Part shown: piece by piece, positions 37,201-50,695 of the stretch
Layout: the number at the start of each line of letters is the position of its first letter
Position numbering within the stretch: the stretch's first letter is position 1
Source: Octopus sinensis
Taxonomy: Eukaryota
Length of the DNA stretch: 64,000 nucleotides
Assembly: GCF_006345805.1 (NCBI RefSeq)
Contig: NC_043000.1
Location: 140,368,001 to 140,432,000, forward strand
Direction: 5' to 3'
Translations under genes and position numbers: made by a program
The notes under the pieces: model-generated
What the model saw: only the letters and a program-made list of their open reading frames with translations
Database searches by the model: none
Told to the model about the DNA's origin: nothing

Positions 37201-38574
37201 ATCCCTCCTGATATTTTTTCTGACACAAGAACCATCTCTCCATGGAGAAGCATTAAATTCTGCTTTAATGGCAAGAATTGAGTGAACAACAAATATATTT
37301 CTTAGTAAAATGTTAATCTGTTACATGTAATATCCCCAGATTATCTTGATACTTATGGTGGATAGTTAAACGAATTAAGCAATATTAGATAAATAAAAAA
37401 AAGCAGTTATTCAAAAATATTGTATCAATTTGGTAATTTCATCTCAGTATTATTCAAACCCAGACCAAATATGTAAAGTATTCTAAATACTAAATACAGT
37501 ATTTAAACAGCCACACCTGCTGCATAGAATAATTAGCCTCATTCATTGTAAAAAAAAAGAATAAAATAAAATACATGTTTGTTATATTGTACTCTGATTT
37601 TTCTAAACATAGAAGCCAAAACCTATTACAGACGTTTTAAACAGCATCTGAATCGTGCATAAGAACTGTTTTATTAATGTTGACATAATATTATAAACTA
37701 ATGGATGATACAATTAAAGTATTATTATAACTTTCTATAACATTCTTAATGCTCAGCTGTAAATATCCTTCAGGATCAAATCTTTTTTATATTGTTGGTA
37801 AACAAACATCTGATTTCATTTGAGTAAGAAATGCATAACATGCAAAATATCTATTATAGTTGAAATACTTGATTTAGTACAATTAACAGCTTGGTGAAGC
37901 TGTAATAGAAGTTGTCAAATGGTGAACAGCAGGAGTCATCTATTTACCATCCAGATTTTTAAAGATATATTTTAAGGTTTTAAAAAATTACTCAATTGCT
38001 TTAATTTTTTGCAAATATGTTATTCACAAATATGAGTAATTAATGAAGATATATTTAAATAAGATTTTAAAAAAACTTTCTAAGTGAAGTGCATCAGTAA
38101 ATTATTTGATCTCCTGTGCATCCCAAGTCAAAAAGTTGAGAACCACTGATCAACTGAATCACTGATCAACAGTCTCCATTTCCATTTCAGGGTAACTTCA
38201 ATCTAGAATTGCAATGGTTCTTTGGGAAAAATGAACTGTTCCCAATTTTCCTTTTCTCATTTATGTTAATATAAATTTCTTTTAGCAAAAATACCATTAG
38301 CTTCAAATTAATTTGAGACTTGAGTTCTTTTTCCTCATTAGACAGTAGATTTTAACATGAGCAATGGTGCCTGACTGGGGCTCAGAGTGATCTTAAAAAG
38401 GGGCACAAAATGGTCAAAAGAGTGCTTTGGGTATTGGATGTTTTAGAGGGATATTGAGTTTCCTCAGAAATTAGATATTTAAATCTACATTAATTATATT
38501 TTGAAGACATTTTGCAAAACTTTCCAGGGGTAGAATACGATGCACAAATGTCTACTATAATTTCATTATGAAAG

Positions 38575-38736
38575 TAGGAGTAGCTCTGTGGTAAGTAGCT
38601 TGCTTACCAACAACATGGTTCAGTCCCACTGCGTGGCATCTTGGGCAAGTGTCTTCTAATATAGCCTCAGGCCAACCAAAGCCTTGTGAGTGGATTTGGT
38701 AGACAGAAACTGAAAGAAGTTTGTCGTATATATGTA

Positions 38737-38822
<86 letters not shown>

Positions 38823-39045
38823 TGTATGTGTGTGTATGTGTTTGTGTGTCTGTGTTTGTCCCCCCAACATCACTTGACAACCAATGCGTGTGTCTTTACG
38901 TCCCCATAACTTAGTGGTTTGGCAAAAGATACTAATAGAATAAGTACTAGGCTCACAAAGAATAAGTCCTGGGGTCGATTTGCTTGACTAAAAGCAGTGC
39001 TCCAGCATGGCCACAGTCGAATGACTGAAACAAGTAAAAGTGTAA
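38575..39045 (+). mobile_element. SINE family A with expanded internal (TA)n/(TATG)n
   Basis: Full-length copy. Confidence 0.82.
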
Positions 39046-39641
39046 AGTCCATACCTTCACCAGTAATTGTTCTAGAAATTTTCACATAAGGGACAACAGT
39101 TCATATAAATATCTAAAAGAAGAAACCTGCTGGATGAGAGGGTATGTGAAAATACAAATAATAAACAACTACACCAAAAAAAAAATGATTAAAATAATAT
39201 CCTTTTTTTTTGGTCTTTGGGAAAATTGCATTTGTAAAATGCTTTTCAAGGAAAAGATGAATTAAGTAACAAAAGTTTTATAACCCCCATCTCTAGACAT
39301 CTCTTTATTATTACTAAGTCTGGTTATTTAACTTCCTTAACCTCTTGAACTCAAAAATCTGTTTTTGTTGGCGTGATTTTGTATGACTATATCTCTGGAA
39401 GACACAAAGATGAATGGCTTTGAAATTGCATATTGGCAGAAACATTGCCAACATCTCTTCGGTTATCTGGCTATTTGAAACTCAGAGTTTTATCTTGACA
39501 ATCGAGTAATGTAACATATAATTGTGTAGATAAATTTCCTCTATTTACATAATATTGAGGTCTCTTTCTTTCTTTTGTTATCTTACCGTTTTATCAATAT
39601 ATATATATATATATATATATCAATCAAATACACACATTTTC

Positions 39642-39679
<38 letters not shown>

Positions 39680-39698
39680 ATCAAATACACACATGTTC

Positions 39699-39739
<41 letters not shown>

Positions 39740-39964
39740 AATACCTTGATATATGTGTGTTGCACTCATGAGTGCGAAATTTTGGTTTCAATACTCCAGA
39801 GTTGCATGGTGTTTTTGGGTAAAACACTTCATTTCACATTGCTACAGTCCATTCAGCTAGCAAGAATGAGTAATCTTACAATGAACCAGCATCTCATCTA
39901 GGAGGGGACTATATTCACCTCAAAACTGGGAAATGTGCCTCATGAAGGGTCTTTGAAGTTTTTG

Positions 39965-40166
39965 TGACCTCGTATGTACTGTTGGCGATTTGTCTTCCTC
40001 TGTCTTCCCTTCTCTGGATTTTTCCTTCTCCTATGTTTCTGACGAAGAGCTCTGCTCGAAACGTTAAACCCTCCTTCTTTCCTGAGCTTCCAATAATACT
40101 ATATTTGTTCCACGTCCTCGCGTTGTTGTGTTTTTTTGTGCTTTCTTGTTTGGATTAACTTTATAA
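39965..40166 (+). mobile_element. Solo PLE pseudo-LTR-like fragment of a second family, abutting (TA)n
   Basis: Pyrimidine-rich ~200-bp segment containing a hammerhead motif and ending directly in (TA)n at 40167-40220. No similarity to the 15-25 kb element. Confidence 0.6.
40035..40069 (+). ncRNA. Minimal type I hammerhead ribozyme (obligate-dimer type)
   Basis: GUUU-CUGACGA-A-GAGC[UCU]GCUC-GAAA-CG-UU-AAAC: stem I GUUU/AAAC, stem II GAGC/GCUC, palindromic ACGU stem III, GUU cleavage triplet, one extra A after the core. Confidence 0.7.
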
Positions 40167-40190
40167 CTATATATATATATATTATATATA

Positions 40191-40221
<31 letters not shown>

Positions 40222-41169
40222 CATGGATATAATATGCACTTACACACACACACATTGAGACTCGAATGAGCCTATTGGGTGATACACAATCACTCAACTG
40301 TGAATGCATTGCATCTTATAGCAGAAACAGCTGTTAGCTGCTGAGGTTCATGGCATAATTTCTTATTCCCTTGTCATTTATCTAATTTCTTATTATAATC
40401 TCTACTCAATGCATTATTCTGAATCATATTGAGTTCTAATACCAAGTTATTAGTATTGCTATGCCTAAGCAAAGCGTGAAAGCATATAGACGTTATATAT
40501 TGTGTGAACTTTTATTGTCTCCTGGTATCACTTAAGTAATATGCTAGCATTACTTTAAATAAACATGATTTAATATCAATATTTTCAAATTTAAATGTGA
40601 AGCAATCCAAAGAATAAATTGTTTTCTATCTTCCATGTTATATGAGACCACATACTGAGATTTTTAAGATATGACTTTTAAATGAGGAATTTTAATAATT
40701 TATCTACATATCAGAGAGCTCCTTCACAATGCTGATGTTGCAACCTCATTCCAGGGCCTCAAAATTGTTACATGATAGAACAATAAAGCTTGCAAGTTGG
40801 TGCTGAGTAGTAGAGTAACTTGAAAGAAATAGCAATCTCACAATTTGCATACAAGACGAGTCAATTTGCTATCATTATTACTTTCCACTCACCAGTAAGT
40901 TTGGTACAATCCCAATGACAAAATAACAGTAGAGGTACTATACTCTTCATCATCAATACTCATGTTGCTGTCTATATCTATCTCTGGGGCATTGTCTTGA
41001 AGGGTTTAGTTGAACAAATTGACCCAGTACTTATTTTTAAGTATGGCACTTATTTTCCTTTGTAGAACCACTAAGCCATGTAAATGTAAACAAACCAACA
41101 CTGGTCGTCAAACTGTGGTGAGAGATATATACTTACAAAAACACACACATACATATATCTTTTCTCTCT

Positions 41170-41573
41170 TTCTCTCTTTTACTTGATTCGGTCATTTGAC
41201 TGCAGCCATGCTGGAGCACTGCCTTCTAGTCAAGTAAATCAACACCAGGACTTATTCTTTGTAAGCCTAGTACTTATTCTATCAGTCTCTTTTGCTGAAC
41301 CGCTAAGTTACAGGGAAAAAAACACACCAGCATCGGTTGTCAAGCAATGGTGGGGGGACAAACACAGACACACAAACATATACACACATACATATATATA
41401 TACAGATATACGATGGGCTTCTTCCAGTTTCTGTCTACCAAATCCACTCACAAGGCATTGGTCGGCCCGAGGCTATAGTAGAAGACACTTGCCCAAGGTG
41501 CCACGCAGTGGGAATGAACCCGGAACCATGTAATTGGTAAGCAAGCTACTTACCACACAGCCACTCCTGCGCC
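41170..41573 (-). mobile_element. SINE family A
   Basis: Reverse-complement copy. Confidence 0.85.
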
Positions 41574-41786
41574 TATACACAACATACTTCTTTCACTTTC
41601 TGTTTGCCAAATCCAATCACAAGGCTTTCGTTGGCCCATGGATATAGTAGAAAACGCTAGCCCAAGATGTTATGCAGTGAGACTGAACCTAGAGCCTTAT
41701 GACTGGGAAGCAAGCTTTACTAGGATACCTGGCTTTCACCTAGGTGGCTCGGGTTCGATTCCCGGCATGGGAATGCCTTCTTTTTA

Positions 41787-41951
41787 GGCACAGGAGTGGC
41801 TGTGTGGTAAGTAGCTTGCTTACCAACCACTTGGTTCCAGGTTCAGTCCTACTGCATGGCACCTTGGGCAAGTGTCTTCTACTATAGCCTCAGGCCAACC
41901 AAAGCCTTGTGAGTGGATTTGGTAGACAGAAACTGAAAGAAGCCCGTCGTA

Positions 41952-42017
<66 letters not shown>

Positions 42018-42237
42018 TGTTTATGTGTCTGTGTGTTTGTGTTTTTTCCCCACCAACATCGCTTGACAACCGATGCCGACGTGTTTAACATGCCGTAACT
42101 TAGCGGTTCAGCAAAAGAGACGGATAGAATAAGTACTAGGCATGCAAAGAATAAGTCCTGGGGTCGATTTGCTCGACTAAAGGCGGTGCTCCAGCATGGC
42201 CGCAATCAAATGACTGAAACAAGTAAAAGAGTAAGAG
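41787..42237 (+). mobile_element. SINE family A
   Basis: Full-length copy. Confidence 0.85.
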
Positions 42238-42541
42238 TATATCTTTATTTTTCTGCTTTCTTACTATTTGTTTGCTTCAGTCCTTTTTCTTACCTTCCAT
42301 TTCATCTCCCCACATGCTTTCCTTTCTCATACAATATGACTATATTTTTATATACCCCATGAAACCATATGTACCCCATATCAACACTCTCTCTCTCTCA
42401 CACACATGTATGCATATATATTTTATGAATATGTGAGTGTGTGTGCATATTTATGTTTGTGTGTGTTAACATTCATATATCATTCAATTATTCTTTTATG
42501 TGAAAATACAGCTATGCATTCGTACATGCATATATTTCTTA

Positions 42542-42936
42542 TTTTACTTGTTTCAGTCATTTTGACTGCGGCCATGCTGGAGCACCGCCTTTAATCGAGC
42601 AACTCGACCCCGGGACTTATTCTTTGTAAACCCAGTACTTATTCTATCGGTCTCTTTTGCCGAACCGCTAATTGACGGGGACGTAAATATACCAGCATCG
42701 GTTGTCAAGCGATGTTGGGGGACAAACACAGACACACAAACATACACGCACATACATATATATACATATATACCACGGGCTTCTTTCAGTTTCCGTCTAC
42801 CAAATCCACTCACAAGGCTTTGGTCGGCCCGAGGCTATAGTAGAAGACACTTGCCCAAGATGCCGCGCAGTGGGACTGAACCCGGAACCATGTGGTTGGT
42901 AAACAAAGCTACTTACCACACAGCGACTCCTGCACC
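42542..42936 (-). mobile_element. SINE family A
   Basis: Reverse-complement copy. Confidence 0.85.
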
Positions 42937-43271
42937 TTATGTTCATATGTAAACATTCTACTTATTAATAATCTATAGTGTATTAATATTCTTTGTGTCC
43001 AGGTGTTATCAGATTTATGCCCTGCCATCATGAATTAGTTATGGCTGTTTTCCAGTATATTCTTTATTTGAGTATAAGAAATCATTCTTACCTTATTGCC
43101 AGTTTGTTAAGTTTGATTAGTGCTTAAGTATGAAACTCGATGGACTTTAGTAACTCTGTATTATTCCTAGCTAATCAAAAAAGTTATATATCTATATGAG
43201 TGGAAGTATATGTGTATACAATCATACATATATATTAATATAGATATATATGAATATATATATATATATGA

Positions 43272-43368
<97 letters not shown>

Positions 43369-46300
43369 TATGAAGCATACACGTGTGTGTGTGTATATAT
43401 ATATATCTTTATGGCTATGCTTGTGTACATAAATATGAAGGGGAGAAAGTGAAGGAGTGAGATGGAAAGAATGAAAATTAACAGTCATTCTTTTGGCAGC
43501 CAATTGTAATGAAATTGCAATATATTTGTTGACAGCAATTAGAATTAATAAATTGCAAATATCTAAAAATAAAAAGAAAACAAAAATCAAACAATATATG
43601 AAACAAATAAACTAGAAAATAAATATTAACAAAGCTAAGCCCATACATTTAATATATTGTCACTGTCCTGTCATTTTGATGACTTACAAAACAAATTTGT
43701 ATTTTAAAAATAGTCAAATCCTTTGCTTTTGCTATTAACCTTTTCACAGAATTTTCTATATTTTAATATAGCTCCTATTTCATCAATTAGAAGAAGATTG
43801 TCATTCCAATGAAATTAATTGATTTTAGACGTCGTTTTACACTTTGTGTTCATCCTTTCTCTGAGGCTGCTTATGTATATGTCTTTATTTATTTATGTAT
43901 TTATTGATAATCACTAAATCACCAACGTAATCATTGGCTGTAAATCATTTTAATTTATTTCTTTGACTTTAAAAGCACAAAAAATGTATTTCTCTTGTCA
44001 AAAAACTATTTCTGTTTATTTTTTTCCTTTTTAACTTTATTATTATTATTTGTTTTGTTTTCCCTTCATATTTTATTTCTTTGCATCATAAACAGTTTGG
44101 TTGTTTTCGCTGATTATATTTCTTAATTTAAGTAGTTCTGAAATTCAAACTCCCACCATAATTCCAAAGAAACTTGGATAATTTTATTCTTTGTTATTGA
44201 CAAGTTAAAATGTTAAAAATAACCTTAACAAATACGTTTATTGTTTTTACCTTAGCAAATATATTTATTGTCTTGTTGTGAATGTCACTGTTGACATCTG
44301 TTTCAATTATTGCTTGAAACTGGCATTCTCTTTGCTAATGCATGTAGGAAGAGAAAAATTAAATCATTTGAGGAAAAAACTATCATATTCTTTTATTTTT
44401 ATTATTTCATATTCACTTTTCCAAAGTAATTTTGGTACAATGGCATTGTTTTTTTCTTCTTTTTTTTCACATTTTTATTAATTTGGTTATTTGCATATTC
44501 CTATTACTATTGGAATTTTATGCAGCTAGATTCTTTTCTTACTACATGTTAGAGAGTGACAGGGGCAAGGCATTACATAACCAACTGGGTCTCTAGGGCA
44601 CGCATAACTGTTTTGTTTCCGCGATGTAATGAGCAAGACTTTTATTAATTCAACAATTCAATCATATTTAGAATGCCATATAGATCTATTTATGCATCTT
44701 TGGTATTTGACTAGTAAATTATTATTCTTAACTACTCTCAATGGAAAGAACTCTTAACTACTCTCAAGGAAAGAACCCTGCTCAAAGTTCACTCATTTAG
44801 ATGTGATCCTCTGAGGTCGACTTTGCCTTTCCCTCTTTCTGAGTCAATAAAATGAGCACTAGTTGAAAATATAGAAAATAAGTTGGTAGAAACATCCATA
44901 AGTTATAATACTGCAAATTATTGATGCACAAGGTATGTAGTGAGATCCTTCTCTCTTTGTTTCTTTCTTTCTATTTTTCTTTTCCATTACTTTCCTCGCG
45001 TTTTTTATTTGCTCTTTATTTCTCTTTCCAATGACAACTATGTCGATCAAACAAGGACCGAAATAATCTACATTAAGTTAAGGCTAAATGCATTTAGTAT
45101 ATTTCTTCTTCATAAACATGTGGTCATATTGACATGTTAATATTTGAGTAAAAGGGAAACTTAAAATATTCCTATGATCCAAAATAAAGGAAAAATGAAC
45201 AGTTAGGCTAAGCAAATGTATTTTATGTAGTTTTTTCTTTTATTCTTAATTCAAAACTAATCTAGAAATAAATGCTTCTAATTGCTCTCCAGATATTTAA
45301 AGCTAACCATCGTACAACAAGAAAGTTTATTTTCCAACACAGTGTGGCAGTCCTACACAGGATGATGTTACTACTTTTTAGTCCCAGGAAAACATCTTTT
45401 CCAGCTGGCTACCAACACATGGTCTGTGTCCGAAGTGAGTCATGACAACTAAAAACGCTAACAGTCCTCACCTTACGGTTCACCACAGTTGACTAATCTT
45501 TTAAAAATATCTTGTTGAGATTATTTTGACCTTACCAAATACATATTTAATCCAGTGATACAAAAGCAGAAATATCATATGAATTGTCGATTTTTTTAAG
45601 CAAGTACAATTCAATTACATCAGCTGTTTGAGAAATAGAACAACAAACTCATGCTCACAAGCATAAAGAAGGGTGTTTTAACATTGGGGCATACTGCAGA
45701 CACTGCAAAATAATCTACTGTGATAAAAATGGGAAAGAAACATTCAAATTGGAAACAGAGCATACAAAAGGACAAACTAAATTAAAAAGATATGTCCATA
45801 TTCGTAAGTTAAAGGGATAAAAACATTGAAATGTTGCTATGAACGAAAAACTGGGAATACATATAAAAAAGTGCATCTTTTTGAACAAGTTATTTGACAC
45901 GCAAATTTGCCAAACTAATAAGGATCAGTACCAAATGAAGAAAATAAAATCAGAATAAAACTTACTCCCAAGGAATTTGAATCTGAAATCAACTTAATCT
46001 GATTCGTAGTACTGAAACTCAGAAATATCTTTGACAAATGGGACGTTGTGAAACAGGAATAAATTACCAAATAAACGAATGAAAAGTGAAAAATATTAGA
46101 ATTAGAGGGAATAATGTACAAAAGAAGCAAAATCAAACAGATTGAACCGAATAAATTGTGGTTACTCGAGTACGAAAATAATTACCGAAAAGAAGTAGTG
46201 AAAAGTAAGTCAAGATACAAAAAAGAAATTTGACAATACAAAAAATTAAAACTCCTTTTGAAATCGTTCAAGATACAGATCAAAAAGGAGCCAAAGAACT

Positions 46301-47449
46301 ATGACAAGTAATATCCATTCATACGTAGACGAAGTCAAGAAAGGATAGAAAGTCAATAATTCATAACAAGGAGAGCACACTACAAAAACAAAAAAGCAAT
46401 TCTTCCGTAGCCCGTTTATGAACAATATCAAGGAAAGAATATGACATAATAGCAGGACATGCCAAGCGAGATTAAATCAATCGGCTTGAAACAAACCAGT
46501 AAACTAAGGAAGGTGGTATAATAATACTACTAGACACATCAGTAACTTGGAACAATCTTTCCGAGATATTAGTACAGAGATAAAAAGGAAGAATGGATTG
46601 TGAAGCAAAAATTAGTTGTTAGAGATCGTCAGTTTCAAGCATAAATGATTTGAATTTGAACCAACTCCAGATTTAATACAAAAGATCTGGTTAGGTAGTA
46701 TAGTGAAGAATGTTGTAGTAAATTTCAATTATGTGAAATCTTCCTGTTAGAATGAGAGTAATTCATTACTTTTATGCGATGAACAGAAAAAAATATTTAG
46801 AGGAATCTCAAAATATAACCAAACACAAGTAGTGCAACAAATCATAAAAACAAATACTGAAAAATTCAAATAAGACATTGAAACATCTACCGAATGAATT
46901 CTCTCTCTATATTAATTGATGAATCTTACAAAGAATGAGCGTTTGAATTAATAATGGACCCGATCCATTGTAGGGAAATTGTCTTCAATTAAATAATGAA
47001 CAGTGACGTTTCTGAAAAACAAAACATAAAATTAGATTCTCACACAGATGACGAACAATGATCAAAAATGGTAAATAAATGGGAAATGCTTAAATAATTT
47101 AAATGGAAAAGAATTGGATTGTTTAAATAATTTCAAGATAAAAACAAGCAAGTTTTACAAATTGTCAAAAATTCCATAATTTTGAGAAAATTCATAATCG
47201 TGAGAAAAATCATAAAAGTTTGGAAGATCTTCATATGATATATTAAGGATTTCAAAACAATCAGATTTAAAATTATACCCAATTGTTACAGGATCGGCAT
47301 TGAGTTACAATTAAACAATTTATTAATATTATATCGAAAATATTATGAAAATTGGCTGCCAGAGATTAAATGGTCTGTTTAAATTACATAACTGAGTACA
47401 TATGAAAAACGATCAGAGTTTTGACGTGACCAGTCTCTACAAAAAGCCA

Positions 47450-47842
47450 TCTTTACATATAAAACTGTAGTTGTGTGAGTGTCTGTCCCCTTCGATTTAG
47501 ATTCCTAACTACTCCCACATTTTGCGGTGCAGTTTAACCAAAACCGGGAATCTTATAGTCGTGATTCATATCAAGCCCTTCTGGGTATTAGCGCGCGTCT
47601 ACGATGAGTCTACGATTTAAAGAATAATTTACCATCATTTTTTTCCATTTTCATGCCTATTTTTTTAAAGGGACGTAACTCTCTAAAAATGTCTACTATG
47701 AGTCAACGATTTAAAAAAAAATTTACCATCATATTTTTTCCATCTTTAATGCATTTTTTTGCTATTTTCTGGCTATAACTCTCTAAAATGCTGTATAGTT
47801 ATTTCCCTTACAAACCCGAGCAACGCCGGGCGATACTGCTAG
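47450..47842 (+). mobile_element. Non-autonomous Helitron (~390 bp)
   Basis: A|TCtttacatataaaactgtagttgtgtgagtgtctgtc start. acccgagcaacgccgggcg hairpin followed by CTAG|T end. Confidence 0.82.
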
Positions 47843-48199
47843 TTTGACATAAATTAGAAATGGAGGTGATTGAATTCTGAACTGCGCTCTCGCATAAGAT
47901 ACACTTTTTGCAAACATTTTGTGGTATACGTAAATTTGACAGAGTTGTTTATGCATTTTTTGAAAGATAGCTTAAAGTGGTTTTGTACGGGAAAATGTGT
48001 TAGTCATATAAACAGATGTGACTGTATACCTAAATAAAGTATGAAACCATAAATTAATTGAAAATAATCTGTTATGCGAGTTCTTTATTTCAACTTTATT
48101 TCTTCTCAGATCAACTGTATATTTGCTTTTACCTTGGTCAATAGAATTGCATACAGGATGTGAAACTAGTGTTTCTGGTTACGTTGTTTATGTAACCAC

Positions 48200-49195
48200 A
48201 ATCAACTAATAAGGAGGTTCGCCACTGCTATGGCTTTGTTGTCATCCACTCATTGAAAATATCTGAGAAGTGAATGAAAATTTAATATACCTTGCATTTT
48301 TCTTGCAGAGTCTTTCATTTGGACAAATAAACAAATGTTTCTTAAAGGTAATAGAGTTATCAGATAATGTATCAGGTGTGGGTTACATATACTGGGAAAT
48401 GAGATATAATGAGATTATCTGGCCTCTCTACATAAGAGCTGACATACCAACAGCAGTGTTTTGTATGTTTGTACTAGCAAGCGGTGATGTTTGGGTTTGT
48501 TTTTAATATTTCTTTGTAAGTAACAGCTGTTGTGCCGGATGGTCTTATGCTCATCCAGTCCCGAGCGTACAGTACTCAGTTCTCCATTTGTGACACAGTT
48601 GCATTAGACGACAAGGCAGCTTTTGAATACATTTTAAAATTTAAAACAATGCTCGTCTTATACACCAGCAAATATTGTGCTTCAATAGAGAATTTCAAAA
48701 CAAAAGAAAAATCACTGGTGAAGATTTAGTCTGACGCCAGAAAATAAATTTTTATACAATCAAGATTACCTCTGAACTGAGGAATTGGCGAAGACATTAG
48801 AATATTGAATAAAGTGTCTTATGATTTTTGACTAGAGTGGCTGTTCTCCGAGTTCTAATACTACTGAAGCCAATTTTGCCTTTTATCTGTTCGGGGTCGA
48901 TAAAAACAGTTCCAATGCAGGGTGATGGATTAGTGAGTCTAAACGTTTGGAACCGAGTGGCTTGTGATATCCATCTTGATTCTTTGTCTCTTCACAGTCT
49001 TAGTTCAAATGCTGCCATAGTCAACAGGTATGGTACTTTTAATTTCTCTGTCAGTTTAACACTTTCACCTGGCACCCTGGGTACTCTTTGGTCATTAATC
49101 TGTTGCAAGAATTTAGACCAGACCTTAGGTTTGAGGATACCATCCTCCTTCTCTTCCACAAAAACTGGAGGCTCGGTAAAGTGTCACAAGTACAT
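48200..49195 (-). pseudogene. Decayed intronless ORF of unknown identity
   Basis: MYL*HFTEPPVFVEEKEDGILKPKVWSKFLQQINDQRVPRVPGESVKLTEKLKVPYLLTMAAFELRL*RDKESRW...IF / LMSSPIPQFRGNLDCIKIYF...MEN*VLYARDWMSIRPSGTT.... Long open stretches are broken mainly by TGA stops and frameshifts. Confidence 0.4.
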
Positions 49196-49390
49196 TTTCC
49201 CTCCTCGTAGAAGGAAAGAAAGAAAAAAGGACAGCAATGGGAACAAAAGTAGCCCTTTTCCAAATTTTGTGACACTAGTGTTAGTATTTATTTAAGAAAC
49301 AAATTATTTGGTCTGACATTATTTTTTTTTATCAGAGTTTAGAAACTTATTTAATCTAAAACTGAAAAGGATGCCTCGATAATAACTATA

Positions 49391-50324
49391 TCTCTCTATA
49401 TAAACGGCAGTTTGTGTGTCTGTCAGGTTGTACCCTCACCCTGACCCCGGCTTTCAACCGATTCTGATGAAACTTGACACACACACAGCCCAATGTCATA
49501 ATTCAAAACTAACGCAGTGAAAATTTTGAAAAGTTCCCCCAGTTCTGAAAAAATCGATAAATTCGACATGGGGTCGAGAATCAGAAACACAAACCACAGA
49601 CAGTCTAGGGGACGCAACTCGACCTTTTTAACTGTCAACTCCATCAATACTTGAAGCTATTCCTGGTGATGCCCACGTCTACAAATCTATTGATAGGACA
49701 GCAGACCCCGCCGAGCTTGCCGATTATCCTGTTGAATTCCTGAATTCACTTGAACCGTCAGGTCTGCCGCCACACATCCTGATGTAAAAAAATCGGTGCG
49801 CCTATTATGCTCATCAGGAATTTGGTTCCACCTAAACAGTGCAACGGCACACGTCTGGTTGTAAAACATTTGCCACCACATTTAATGACGGCCACAATAC
49901 TTACCCGTTGTGGGAAGGGAGAGTACGTCTTCATTCCACGCATGCACCTTCAACCGTCAGGCGCTGACCTACCAATCCACTCCTGGCGTTCTCAGTTTCC
50001 TGTTAAACTCTGCTTCGCAACGTCCATCAATAAATCCCAAGGCCAAACGCTACAAGTCGCTGGGTTACAGTTGGGCGAACAGTGCTTCGCCCACGGTCAA
50101 CTCTACGTGGGCTGTTCACGCGTTGGGAGGCGCAATGATGTTTTCATGTTTTCGCCCAAAGGGACAGCAAGGAACATCGTATACACAGAAGTATTCGAGT
50201 GAAGAGAAGACATTGCTACCTACACATGCGCCTTCGTTCCCTAGAGGGAAAGGACTAGATTGGGATTAGTCGTTGTCTACTAGGGGCTCTTACATACCCG
50301 GGCAGTGCCGGGCTATGCTTCTAG
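49391..50324 (+). mobile_element. Internally deleted Helitron carrying the PIF1-type helicase C-terminus
   Basis: A|TC 5' end (atctctctatataaacggcag). 3' hairpin cccgggcagtgccggg (50297-50312) followed by CTAG|T (50321-50324). Confidence 0.88.
49640..50202 (+). pseudogene. Helitron RepHel PIF1-like helicase fragment
   Basis: YPVEFLNSLEPSGLPPH...GAPIMLIRNL...CNGTRLVV...FIPRM...QFPVKLCFATSINKSQGQTL...CFAHGQLYVGCSRV...NIVYTEVF. These are helicase motifs IV-VI. A frame break lies near 49783. Confidence 0.92.
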
Positions 50325-50487
50325 TTTTGTAATAAAAATGAAAGAACTTACAAGATTCTACAGACTAGTTAATAAAATTAATGAGCTCGTTAAATTCACA
50401 ATGGAAGTATTAGAAAGGAATCTTCAATTTTCGGACGTTCAATTAAATAAAATGAAATTAAAGCAAACGTTCTCTACTATCCTTTAT

Positions 50488-50695
50488 CTTTTGCTTGTTT
50501 CAGTCATTTGACTGTGGCCATGCTGGACCACCGCCTTTAGTCGAGCACATCGACCCCAGGACTTAGTCTTTGTAAGCCCAGTACTTATTCTATCGGTCTC
50601 TTTTTGCCGAACCGCTAATGTTACGTGGACAGAAACACACCAGCATCAGTTGTCAAGCGATGCTGGAGGGAAAATTACAGACACATAAACATATA
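50488..50695 (-). mobile_element. SINE family A, 3' half
   Basis: Reverse-complement tail to mid-body. Confidence 0.75.

Noticed and set aside
46200-47350. Purine-rich, possibly LINE endonuclease-derived relic (EYDIIAG, EGGIIILL)
   Set aside because: Too many stops and only weak motif resemblance.
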